Below, piece after piece: positions 40,318-50,244 of a stretch of DNA of 64,000 nt. The DNA comes from an uncultured Nitrososphaerota archaeon (GTDB lineage: Archaea > Thermoproteota > Nitrososphaeria > Nitrososphaerales > Nitrosopumilaceae). The stretch is from assembly GCA_963701075.1 (NCBI GenBank), contig OY969559.1:832001-896000 (forward strand), given 5' to 3'. The translations under genes and the position numbers were made by a program. The notes beneath the pieces were generated by a model, which worked only from the letters and a program-made list of their open reading frames with translations, did no database searches and had not been told where the DNA came from. The stretch's first letter is position 1; the number at the start of each line of letters is the position of its first letter.

Positions 40318-40533
40318 CTAACTATAATATTTTTTCAAGAAGTGTTCTTTGTTTTCATAGTATAGACGTAAAACATAATCATCAAGTGATTTTAGTAGAT
40401 AAAGAATTCCACCTTTTCTGATTTTTTTGATCTCTTTTATCGTGTAGATTTTATCAAAGTCTCCCTCGTAATCTGTTATTCGTACCATGTCTCCACGATG
40501 AAACGTGTTCATAGTCATCATCCGAGACATCAA
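40318..40533 (-). CDS. Small hypothetical protein (KOW/SH3-like)
   Basis: FHRGDMVRI...YTIKEI...YLLKS; start uncertain. Confidence 0.55.
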   Translation of the reverse strand: MMSRMMTMNTFHRGDMVRITDYEGDFDKIYTIKEIKKIRKGGILYLLKSLDDYVLRLYYENKEHFLKKYYS

Positions 40534-40611
40534 GATGCATGAATATAGATATTATTGTTATTTGATAACATTTTCAAATAGTTAATATGTTACTAGATAA
40601 CGCAATTACAA

Positions 40612-40670
40612 CGATGAAGGAACCATCGTTTGTTCTTGATGAGACAGACCTTTTGATATTGGAACGCATG
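40612..40670 (+). repeat. Left arm (59-bp perfect core) of inverted repeat, covering the Lrp 5' end
   Basis: Exact reverse complement of 42882-42940; diverged homology extends to ~40540 and ~40694. Confidence 0.95.
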
Positions 40671-41129
40671 GCACAGGATGCAAATGTGTCATTTAAGCAG
40701 TTGGCGCAGTCGCTAAAAGTTGATCAGCGTACAATAGCAAAAAGGATAAGCGAAATGAAACAAAATGGAGTTCTTAAGACAAAGATTGAGATCGACTGGC
40801 CTCGACTAGGGCTTGGAATTGCAACCTATGTTGGAGCCGAGACAGGCCTTGGAGAAAAAGATGTTGCCAAACTACAGGAATACATTAGAAAGGAACCGCG
40901 CATTACAGAGGCCTATTCAACAATAGGCGGTCAGGAATATTTTTTCAAAGTGGTGGAGACAGACCTGCAAAGCTTAAGAGATGTTCTCTTACCTCTTGAG
41001 CCAATTACTTCAAAGCTCACAAGCTCCATAATATCTTCGAACATAAAAGATCATGATGATGTAACTCTTTTGCATTTTTTAAGACAGAGAGGATTTTCAC
41101 GTAAGAAGAAAAAGACTACACCTGGGTGA
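40614..41129 (+). CDS. Lrp/AsnC family regulator
   Basis: LDETDLLIL...DANVSFKQLA HTH; AYSTIGGQEYFFKV; ATG 40614 is shared with the duplicated copy. Confidence 0.88.
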   Translation: MKEPSFVLDETDLLILERMAQDANVSFKQLAQSLKVDQRTIAKRISEMKQNGVLKTKIEIDWPRLGLGIATYVGAETGLGEKDVAKLQEYIRKEPRITEAYSTIGGQEYFFKVVETDLQSLRDVLLPLEPITSKLTSSIISSNIKDHDDVTLLHFLRQRGFSRKKKKTTPG

Positions 41130-41150
41130 CTAGAAGCATTGACCGTCTAA

Positions 41151-41714
41151 CTATTTTTTAATGTTATCTCTGTAAAGTGTAGGCTCGTATGTTTGATTAG
41201 CATTTAGCAAATCAAGGTACGAGTCTACATTTAGACAATATCCTGCTAGGATATTTAGCTGTTTTACCCCTGAATCAGAATTAATTTCAAACCATATGTT
41301 GGTTATGAACTTGTTATTATTTGGATTATGTATAGACCAAGGTGAATTCGAATCTTCAATAAGCATTGTTTCCCCCACTATGAAAGATTTTCTTGTACCG
41401 CCAATTATTAATTCAAGACCATGTGAATCTATGAATTTTTCTAAAGTAAGCAAAGGATTTTTATTGTATATCTGTTCTGCTAGCTGTTTTGGAATTTTAA
41501 GAGGCATCGATACGCCATGTTTGCCTCCTTTAGATCTTGTACAAACTAAAATATGAAAATCTTCAAATTTTTTCAGATAAATGGAAAAAGTTTGTATTTT
41601 GCCGTTTAATGTTTTTATCGCATCATAATTTGTTATTACATCATTAATCTGCGATTCATTAATCTGTGATTCATTCATTAATTTTATGATTTTGTCATTG
41701 ATTTCTAAATTCAT
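41151..41714 (-). CDS. AT-rich hypothetical protein
   Basis: 187-aa ORF; 15-bp tandem duplication (NESQI x2) at 41641-41670. Confidence 0.6.
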   Translation of the reverse strand: MNLEINDKIIKLMNESQINESQINDVITNYDAIKTLNGKIQTFSIYLKKFEDFHILVCTRSKGGKHGVSMPLKIPKQLAEQIYNKNPLLTLEKFIDSHGLELIIGGTRKSFIVGETMLIEDSNSPWSIHNPNNNKFITNIWFEINSDSGVKQLNILAGYCLNVDSYLDLLNANQTYEPTLYRDNIKK

Positions 41715-41990
41715 GACTGATTTTTATTTACCATTTTTCAATTAAGGTTTTCCATTTGTTATAGCCTTGAGTGACTATTTTACAAACTTGAGCGTGTGTT
41801 GACCATTCAAATCTGTGTGTAGTCTAAGGTATCTTTGACCGTCCGACCCTCTCATCGTCTATAGATTCCACTCACAACTCGATGACCGTCTCATGATGAT
41901 CACGTAATGATTTGTTGTAATTTCCTGTGTCTCATTTTTATGGGATCGCATTTTTATTCCGGTACGACTTTCTCTTAGTAGATAAGTTGT

Positions 41991-42521
41991 ATGGTTGTTG
42001 TAGAGAAGGTTACAAAAACTAAAAGTATGTCATTTAGATTGCCAGAGGAGATGGCGGATTTGCTAGAAACAGAATCGTCAGTCAAAAACATAAACACAAG
42101 CACTCTTCTGACTCAGATATGCAATCACCATTTCGGATATGAAGGCAATGTCGGCAAGGCAGGGCTGATTGCATTTCCAAGACCGTTATTGATCCGATTA
42201 ATGGAGGGACAGCCGGAAAAACAAGTAATCGCATTGGCAGAACATATCTCACAAGATGTCATGATAGATATCATGTCAGTCTTGGAAACGGAATACACTG
42301 TAGATAGTTTCTTGCATTTCATGCAATCATGGGCGCATTCATCCAAGATTGCATTCAGACGCGAAATTAAAGGACAGTTGAATACGGTGGTCATCCAGCC
42401 TGAATTGGGCAAAAATTGGTCGCTATACTTGGGACATTTATTTAAAAATGTAATTGAAGAGTTAGCACAGAAACGGGTTGCAATAAACGTAACCGACAAA
42501 AGTGTAATGTTTAGGTTCTAG
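41991..42521 (+). CDS. Ribbon-helix-helix transcriptional regulator
   Basis: KSMSFRLP...NTSTLLTQI; ELGKNWS; paralog of 17273..17803. Confidence 0.75.
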   Translation: MVVVEKVTKTKSMSFRLPEEMADLLETESSVKNINTSTLLTQICNHHFGYEGNVGKAGLIAFPRPLLIRLMEGQPEKQVIALAEHISQDVMIDIMSVLETEYTVDSFLHFMQSWAHSSKIAFRREIKGQLNTVVIQPELGKNWSLYLGHLFKNVIEELAQKRVAINVTDKSVMFRF

Positions 42522-42848
42522 GTTACATCTTTTTCAAAGTAATTTAATAAAATACGTATAACCCATTCATAACTTAATCCATACTTTCCATTTCAGTTTA
42601 AATTCTCACAACTCTTAACCAAAAAATTAACATTCAAATGATAAGTATTTTGAAATATGTTGTGAACATTGTAATGTAAAAATATGTTCAAATGTTGATA
42701 GCTAAAAATACAAACTCAAAACATAGGACAACTGGGAAAATCATTAGAGCATTGAAGAAGCAAAAATCAAAATGTTCTCAAACCATGAAGTTACACGCAA
42801 ACAGTTTCTGAATACTTGCTCCATTTTTTACACAGATCTTGAAACATT

Positions 42849-42938
42849 CTATTCAGAAAATGGTATGTTTACATCATATGTCATGCGTTCCAATATCAAA
42901 AGGTCTGTCTCATCAAGAACAAACGATGGTTCCTTCAT
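42849..42938 (-). pseudogene. Truncated Lrp stub MKEPSFVLDETDLLILERMTYDVNIPFSE*
   Basis: First 19 codons identical to the Lrp at 40614, then diverged, with a stop after 29 aa. Confidence 0.85.
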
Positions 42939-42940
42939 CG
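42882..42940 (-). repeat. Right arm (59-bp perfect core) of inverted repeat
   Basis: Exact reverse complement of 40612-40670. Confidence 0.95.
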
Positions 42941-43110
42941 CTATAATTATGTCATTGAATTACATATTAATTGCGAAAAAATGTTATTTGATCACCGAAA
43001 TATCTATATTAGCGTAATTTGGTGAGGGAGCTGATTGTCTCATGATCACAAAGATTGAACGGATTAAACACATTGTGAAACCCGATCTTCAGTGGGTTAA
43101 AAAGGCGTAA

Positions 43111-44727
43111 GTGACCTATGTGGACATAATAATACTGGCAGTAGTACTGGCAGGTTCTCTTGGCCTTGCAGTTATTTTTGGACGATATATGGCAAGGATG
43201 ATTGTTTACGAGAAACGACCTCTTGAGAAGACATTGGGTAGGGTAGAGGACGGCTTCTATCGTATAATTGGTGTAGACAAGTACGAACAGATGACATGGA
43301 AGCAGTATTTTCTTGCCCTGATTGTAACAAATGTCATTGCAGCAGGATTTCTAATGGCCGTACTTCTTTACCAGAACAGTCTTCCCCTATCGCCAAAACC
43401 AGGCCTATCGTTTGATCTCGCATTCAATACAGCTGCTTCATTTGTTACAAATACTAATCTCCAACACTACGCCGGTGATCAACAACTTTCAATCTTTTCT
43501 CAGATGGTTGGGCTGATATTTCTGATGTTCGTAGCACCTGCCTCTGGAATAACTTCATGTTTTGCATTTGTCCGAGCTTTCATCAGAAAAGAGTTTGGAT
43601 TAGGAAATTTCTATGTTGATTTTACTCGAATAATACTAACACTTTTGCTGCCGATTGCCTTTATCTCGGCCCTTTTATTGCTGCTCCTTGGAGTCCCACA
43701 GACGCTAGACTCATCAATAACAGTAGGTAATCTTCAGGGCGGTAATCAAACAATCACGATAGGACCTGTTGCCTCTCTTGAATCCATAAAGCAACTTGGA
43801 AGCAATGGTGGAGGATTCTTTGGTGCAAATTCAGCACATCCATATGAGAATCCAAATGGTCTTTCAAATGTTTTTGAGACCATCTTGATGCTAGTCATTC
43901 CATTTTCATTGCCCATAGCATATGCTCATCTACTGGGTAGAGGTAGAGGGTTATCAATTCTTGCAGCCATGCTAATTGGCTTTGGAGTAATGCTTGCGCT
44001 GGGATTATCAGAGCATAGCGGACCAACAGGTCTTGAGACAAGATTTGGAAACTTTAGTACCACTTTATTCGTGGAATCATCTCTTTCAACAAACACTGGC
44101 GCAGCAAATGCTGCTCTGTCAGGACTCTCACCAAACGCAATCATTGGAGGATACTTGGGCATGTTTATACAAGCAATTCCGGGAGCTGATGGTACCGGTA
44201 TGATGACAATGATAATCTTTGTCATATTGACTCTATTTATTGTCGGTCTCATGGTTGGCAAGACACCAGAATTTATGAGCATGAAGATAACTCCTAGAGA
44301 TGTAAGGCTAGCGGCATTTGTATTTTTGATTCACCCCTTATTCATACTAGTCCCAACAGCAATAGCATATACATCAGAAAATGCACAGAGCGTTCTTGGA
44401 ACACCGACTACAGCTGCGACATATAATCAAGTCTTATACGAATTTACATCTGCCTCTGCAAACAACGGCTCAGATTATCTTGGAACTTCGGCAAACACCC
44501 CATTTTTCAATTGGTCCACAGCATTGGTCATGTTGATCGGGCGTTACGCTCCTATAGGATTGATGCTTGCAATAGCAGGTTCGTTTACAACTAGGGATAG
44601 AAAGGAAGTGGTCGAACCAATCAAAACCTCTGGTCCACTCTTTATTGGTGTTTTATCAGTTATGGTATTCATATTAACAGCTCTGACATTTTTTCCATTC
44701 TTGGTTATGGGACCATTTTCAATGTAG
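43111..44727 (+). CDS. kdpA: K+-transporting ATPase subunit A
   Basis: FNTAASFVTNTNLQHY, GSNGGGFFGANSAHPYENP, GLMVGKTPE and ANNGS motifs. Confidence 0.96.
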   Translation: MTYVDIIILAVVLAGSLGLAVIFGRYMARMIVYEKRPLEKTLGRVEDGFYRIIGVDKYEQMTWKQYFLALIVTNVIAAGFLMAVLLYQNSLPLSPKPGLSFDLAFNTAASFVTNTNLQHYAGDQQLSIFSQMVGLIFLMFVAPASGITSCFAFVRAFIRKEFGLGNFYVDFTRIILTLLLPIAFISALLLLLLGVPQTLDSSITVGNLQGGNQTITIGPVASLESIKQLGSNGGGFFGANSAHPYENPNGLSNVFETILMLVIPFSLPIAYAHLLGRGRGLSILAAMLIGFGVMLALGLSEHSGPTGLETRFGNFSTTLFVESSLSTNTGAANAALSGLSPNAIIGGYLGMFIQAIPGADGTGMMTMIIFVILTLFIVGLMVGKTPEFMSMKITPRDVRLAAFVFLIHPLFILVPTAIAYTSENAQSVLGTPTTAATYNQVLYEFTSASANNGSDYLGTSANTPFFNWSTALVMLIGRYAPIGLMLAIAGSFTTRDRKEVVEPIKTSGPLFIGVLSVMVFILTALTFFPFLVMGPFSM

Positions 44728-44737
44728 GAGACGGGTC

Positions 44738-46864
44738 ATGGCAAAGACAACAATCACACAATCAATATTTGATGCAAGGATGCTAAGGGATTCAGTAATA
44801 AAGCTCAGCCCCATTTATCTTTCCAAAAAAAGTCCCGTAATGTTTGCAGTAGAGATGGGATTCTTCTTGGTTTTAGGAATTGGTCTTTTGCACAATCCAT
44901 CTTCGTATTTTGTAAATGAAAAAAGCATGTTCTACTTTGAATCAGCAATAATTCTAATACTTACAGTCTGGTTTGCAACATTTTCAGAGTCTCTCTCAGA
45001 AGCTCAGGCAAGGGCAAAAGTTGATTCCCTTAGAAGTCTTGAAAAAGAAGTTCAAGCAAAAAAACTAGTTGATGGGCAGGAGGTCATAGTTCCTTCTAAA
45101 AGCCTCAAAATGGGAGATAGAGTACGGGTCTACGCAGGCGATATAATACCAAGAGATGGTATCATTACAGAAGGGAAGGCATTCATAGACGAGTCCATGA
45201 TGACTGGAGAATCAAATCCGGCCTTCAAGGAAAAAGACAATCCAGTACTTGGGGGAACCAAGGTTGCAAGTGACAAGATAGTAGTTGAGATCACTGCAGA
45301 GGCTGGCAAGAGCTTTCTTGATGAGATGGTCAGCTTAATTGAGAGTGCCACAAGACCCAAGACAAAAAATGAGATAGCTCTTACTATATTACTTGCTGGT
45401 CTTTCGTTAATTTTCATAATAGTGGTTGGAACAATGCTGTTCTTTGGTTATTATCTTGGTTACCATATGGATATCTCGGTACTCTTAGCATTGCTTGTGG
45501 CCTTGATGCCAACTACAATAGGGGCATTAATGCCTGCGATAGGCGTTGCTGGAATTAACAGGCTAGCAAGAGACAACATTGTAGTAAAATCCGGAAAAGG
45601 AGTAGAGGCTGCAGGAGACTGCGATGTTTTGATATTGGACAAGACAGGTACAATTACAGAAGGAGCACGTAGAGTTATTGCATTTGTTCCCATGGAAAAA
45701 TTCACCGAAGAAGATGTCATCGAAGCAGCCTACGCTTCATCATTCAACGACTCCACACATGAAGGAAAATCCATAATCGAGCTTGCAAATGAGAAAAAAA
45801 TTGAACCATCATTTATGATGGAAGTTCTGGCATCCAAGCCAATTGACTTTAGCTCGGAGACTCGTTATAGTGGGATTGAACTATCTCCAAAGAAAAAATC
45901 ATACGCAAAACAAGATTTGGCTTCAAAAACATCTGCAGTCCAGACAAAAACTAGAGTCTCTTCTAGGGTAGAAGAACTAGAAGAGTCCAACACGCAAGTA
46001 AGAATTCTGAAAGGAGCAATAGAGGCCATGCTGAAGATTGCCCCAAAAGTCAATGAACCTGAATTGCGATGGAAAGCACAAGAAATATCAAAAAATGGTG
46101 GAACTCCACTTGCGGTTGCCATAAATGATGAGATAATAGGACTAATTTCACTAAAAGACAATCTCAAAAAAGACATTCGAGAAAAGCTTGAGGAAGTTCA
46201 CGTATCTGGTATTAACACTGTGATGATTACAGGTGATAACTTGCTTACGGCTCAGATTATAGCAAAAGAGGCAAATATTGACCAGGTCATAGCTGAGGCC
46301 AAACCAACTGACAAGCTAAACCGGGTTGTAGAGGAACAGGTAAAGGGCCATGTTGTAGGCATGATTGGCGATGGCACCAATGATGCGCCTGCACTTGCCA
46401 AAGCGGATGTAGGACTTGCAATGAATCGTGGCACTGCTGCTGCAAGGGAGGCTGCAAACATGGTAGACCTAGACTCTGATCCTTCAAAGATACTCAACGT
46501 AGTAAAGCTTGGAAAGCAGTTACTCATGACACGTGGTGCAATTACAACATTTTCAATTGCAAATGATGTTGCAAAATATTTTGCAATTCTTCCAGCAATA
46601 TTCTCTAGGATAAATCCAAAAGTCGAAGTTCTCAATTTAATGCAGCTCCACAGTCCTGAAAGTGCTGTCCTATCTACATTGATATTCAATGCAATAATAA
46701 TTCCTGTACTAATTCCGTTATCACTACGGGGTGTCAAGTACAAGCCAGAATCACCCCAGAGGACATTTATCAAAAATATGATGATATACGGAGTAGGAGG
46801 AGTAGCCCTTCCATTTGCTGGCATAAAGGCAATCGACTTGTTGGTGTCACTCTTTTGGAGATGA
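44738..46864 (+). CDS. kdpB: K+-transporting ATPase subunit B
   Basis: TGES, PTTIGAL, DKTGTIT, GDGTNDAPALA and TFSIANDVAKYF motifs. Confidence 0.97.
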   Translation: MAKTTITQSIFDARMLRDSVIKLSPIYLSKKSPVMFAVEMGFFLVLGIGLLHNPSSYFVNEKSMFYFESAIILILTVWFATFSESLSEAQARAKVDSLRSLEKEVQAKKLVDGQEVIVPSKSLKMGDRVRVYAGDIIPRDGIITEGKAFIDESMMTGESNPAFKEKDNPVLGGTKVASDKIVVEITAEAGKSFLDEMVSLIESATRPKTKNEIALTILLAGLSLIFIIVVGTMLFFGYYLGYHMDISVLLALLVALMPTTIGALMPAIGVAGINRLARDNIVVKSGKGVEAAGDCDVLILDKTGTITEGARRVIAFVPMEKFTEEDVIEAAYASSFNDSTHEGKSIIELANEKKIEPSFMMEVLASKPIDFSSETRYSGIELSPKKKSYAKQDLASKTSAVQTKTRVSSRVEELEESNTQVRILKGAIEAMLKIAPKVNEPELRWKAQEISKNGGTPLAVAINDEIIGLISLKDNLKKDIREKLEEVHVSGINTVMITGDNLLTAQIIAKEANIDQVIAEAKPTDKLNRVVEEQVKGHVVGMIGDGTNDAPALAKADVGLAMNRGTAAAREAANMVDLDSDPSKILNVVKLGKQLLMTRGAITTFSIANDVAKYFAILPAIFSRINPKVEVLNLMQLHSPESAVLSTLIFNAIIIPVLIPLSLRGVKYKPESPQRTFIKNMMIYGVGGVALPFAGIKAIDLLVSLFWR

Positions 46865-46872
46865 TATAGAAG

Positions 46873-47349
46873 ATGAGGACATTAAAGAGCAAAGTATTTT
46901 CACCCTCAATTAGGATCGTCGTATTGATGATTGTTACAACAGGTGTTGCATATCCGCTTCTTGTAACTGCAATAGGGCAAACTACACTACCATACCAATC
47001 AAATGGCAGTCAAGTTGTACTCAATGGTACAGTTGTTGGCTCCGAACTAATAGCTGAAAACTTTAACTCGACTAAATTCTTCCAGCCAAGAAATTCGACT
47101 GACTCGGGCTCAGGTGTGGATCCAGACATCACTCCAGATGAGGCCTATTCGCAGATACCTGCAATAAGTAATGCCACCGGGATACCAGCTAATGCTTTGA
47201 AAACACTAGTTGAGCTTGACATTGAGAGAAACAAGGATGCAAATGGCTTGCTTTTTGCACCAGATTACGTGAGAGTATTAAATCTCAATGTAGAATTGGT
47301 AACGCAGTATCCAGAAATTTATCAAGTCCCTGCGAACGGAGGACCTTGA
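46873..47349 (+). CDS. kdpC: K+-transporting ATPase subunit C
   Basis: YPLLVT...NGS...GSELIA...SGSGVDPDIT...VLNLN. Confidence 0.93.
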   Translation: MRTLKSKVFSPSIRIVVLMIVTTGVAYPLLVTAIGQTTLPYQSNGSQVVLNGTVVGSELIAENFNSTKFFQPRNSTDSGSGVDPDITPDEAYSQIPAISNATGIPANALKTLVELDIERNKDANGLLFAPDYVRVLNLNVELVTQYPEIYQVPANGGP

Positions 47350-47351
47350 TT

Positions 47352-47438
47352 ATGGATGGCATATTGGCAGCATTTGTAGGGGCACTTCTAATTTCTGCAG
47401 GGGTATTAACGTACTCACTACTAAGGGCCGAAAAGTGA
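47352..47438 (+). CDS. kdpF: KdpF-like 28-aa membrane peptide
   Basis: MDGILAAFVGALLISAGVLTYSLLRAEK*; starts 2 nt after the kdpC stop; YxLLRxEK end resembles KdpF. Confidence 0.72.
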   Translation: MDGILAAFVGALLISAGVLTYSLLRAEK

Positions 47439-47506
47439 ATTTCAGACAAGTGGGGTTACAATCATCCGAATTATTTGTTTTTTAAAAGTCCATATCTTAC
47501 AGTTCT

Positions 47507-50048
47507 TCAATTATGCAATGCTTGCAATAGATTGTTCTCAATTTCAAAGAACCACTGCTGGACAGAAGTGCCTGCAACAAACTGGTTCAATGAATAAAGA
47601 ATACCTGCAAATACAAGATAACCCAAGACAATAAACAATATTCCTGAAAACAATGTGTTTGTATGCATGGCAAATTGCTTGTTGCCTAAAACCAACTTGA
47701 TCTCTTTTCCGCGAATTATTCTCCATGCAATAGAGTCCCTGTCAACCCTACCAAGATATGCCGAGACTAGAATCAATGGGATTGCAAGGCCTGTGGCATA
47801 TGAGAATAAGAGCAGGCTTCCAGTTGGTAGCGAGACTGTAGTTGCTGCAAGAAGCAAGATTCCAACTAGTATTGGTCCAACACACGGAGTCCATGACATT
47901 CCAAGTATGCAGCCAAATGTGAATGAACCAAAGTAAGTGACAGGACTCTTGGGCGTAATCTTGAGACCGGGTATTCCCCTGCCAGACAAAGTGTATAGTC
48001 CAAAGAGGATCATTGCAATACCTGCAATCTCTGAAAATACTCCAATGTTTGATTTGAGGTATGTGCCAACAAACGCTGCAGACATTCCCAAAAGCACAAA
48101 GACGATGACAAGTCCAAGAAAGAATGAAACTGACATGCCAAACACATTCATTTTTGATGTTCGAAATGTGTATGCCATGTATGCAGGCAAGATTGGAAGA
48201 GTACATGGAGATGCAAATGATATGAATCCTGAAAGCACAGCTATTGGTACAAGCAAAAATATGGGACCTTGAAGACTTTGTTAGTCCGACATCTGATGGG
48301 ACAAAGTTCTGGCCTGTCTGACCAGTGCCGTTTATCAAATTATTTAACCAAAAATCTTCTTGCTTTTGTTTCTCAATGGTGTCAATTCTGGTTTTGGCAT
48401 TTGTAAAATCTGACATCAGGTTGTTGTCAACTATGAACTGTGATGCCTTGACGTAATAGTAGCCTTCATCAGCAGGACTGATATTATCTGCTTGGTTGCC
48501 TATCGTCTTTATCGCAGCATCAAGGTACTCGATATTATTTGTGTCCATGTATAGTCTCAATAAAGCATATGAGATTATCCCATTTTCTTCAGAGGGTTTT
48601 ACTAGACTGATCTGTTCTCCTGGCTTGTAGATGTTGGTGTCAGGACTGTTTCGTTCAAAGAATCCTCCGCTGTACCAGTCATAGAGATTATCAAGAGAAT
48701 AATTGGCAAGCCCTTGCGCCGTTTTCAGATAACTCTGATCTCCAAGTGTATCATATCCGTCAACAAAAGCAAGAAGCAAGTATGCATTGTCCAAAAGATT
48801 CCCGCTGACTCCCCTGGTACCGTTTACATCTTGGTAGTGATATGCACCATTGTCTGACACTAGGTTGTTCTCAAAAAAATCAAGGGAACATGCTGCCATA
48901 TCGTTATACTTTGTATCTTTTGTGACATTGTACATGTAGAGATAGGTAATGATGGCCTCAGAGTTCCAGTCGGAAAACTTGGTCTTGTCTATTGCTGGTT
49001 TTTCATCAGGTCTTGGGTTTTTCCAATAGTATGCCTCTTCTGGACTAGCGTCGGTGTCTCCGTAAAAGCCACCATCTTGCTTGTCATACCAGTTAGTCTC
49101 AATATAGTTTTGCGTCTTGTTTACAACATCTTTTACCATGGCATCGTCCGGGGTTATCAATAGAAGATGCTCGTATGTCTTGAGAAGTTTTGCATTATCG
49201 TATAGCATTTTTTCATAATGTGGCGGGCTCCATGTTCTGGTTGTGCCGTACCTGTGAAATCCACCGTCTATTGGATCAAACAACTTGTAATCTGTGAGGT
49301 TTTGGATGTCAGTGTATTGGTTTTTCAGAGTATTCTGAACTAGACCAAGATATGTCGTGTTTCCTGTTTCTTGATACATGTCAAGAAAGAAATCAAGCGT
49401 TCTAGCTTCTGGAAACTTTTGTCCAGTTCCAAAACCCCCGTAAATTGTGTCATATAACTTTAGGTTGTAATTGGCATATGCGTCTGGGAGCGCAGCAAGT
49501 TGATTTTCTGTCAGAATTACTTGAGGTTGCTTTTGGTAACTGTACGAGATTTCAGATGAAAATTTATGTGAGTTGACATAGTCTACCGCCTTCTGAAAGT
49601 TTGCTAACATATTTTGTACAGGTCTTGGCCCAGAATATCCAAAGAGTATCTGTCCATCAGGTGTCAGTATTGTAGTGGATGGCCACCCGCCTTCCAAGTA
49701 CTGCCTTGTCAAATCTTCTCGTTTGTCAGAGTCGATGTATACTGGAATAAAGCCTTGATTTACCATCTTGACTACATCTTGGTTGTATAGGTAATCCTCG
49801 CTTTCATACACTTGACAGTAATAGCACCAAGAAGGTGCAGTCAACAACAACATTATGGGCTTATTTTCTTCCTGCGCTTGCCTGAAAACCTGTGGGCCGT
49901 AGTCCTGCCAATTGATCAAGTGCTTTAGTTCCTCGGCATTCTGGAAAGAATATTGAGTTGCGGATGCAAGTTGTTCTGTCGTTTCTACGATGACAAGAAA
50001 AATCACACTCAGGGTTACAAGGATAATATATGATAAATTACCTGCCAA
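47507..50048 (-). CDS. Exported thioredoxin-domain YyaL/DUF255 protein probably fused to a CcdA/DsbD TM domain (indel at 48273-48277)
   Basis: INWQDY...WCYYC...GGWPST...GGFHRY...HYEKMLYDNA; then ASPCTLP and WTPCVGP in the shifted frame. Confidence 0.82.
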
Positions 50049-50244
50049 CTTTTTTCAGTCACCATAACTTGATGGCATCGATACATAAATCTAGACAGTC
50101 AACAAGCAAGTTTATTTCAGATTTGTTTGATATTGTGTGCTTTTGCAAGTGACAGGATACGTTTCGAATAAAAATTAAAAAATTTCAAAATTGTAAGTTT
50201 GAAAAAGGTTATAAAAGCCACACTAGATTCATCCTCCATGATAG

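Noticed and set aside
42772-43017. 81-aa plus-strand ORF upstream of kdpA
   Set aside because: It is the antisense reading of the duplicated Lrp stub and promoter
1638-50048. Pseudogene calls or programmed frameshifting for the split genes (H+-ATPase, PAC2, response regulator, srp54, YyaL-CcdA)
   Set aside because: Each is a single-base indel at AGCT with no other decay, srp54 is essential, and there is no common slippery heptamer; sequencing error is more likely
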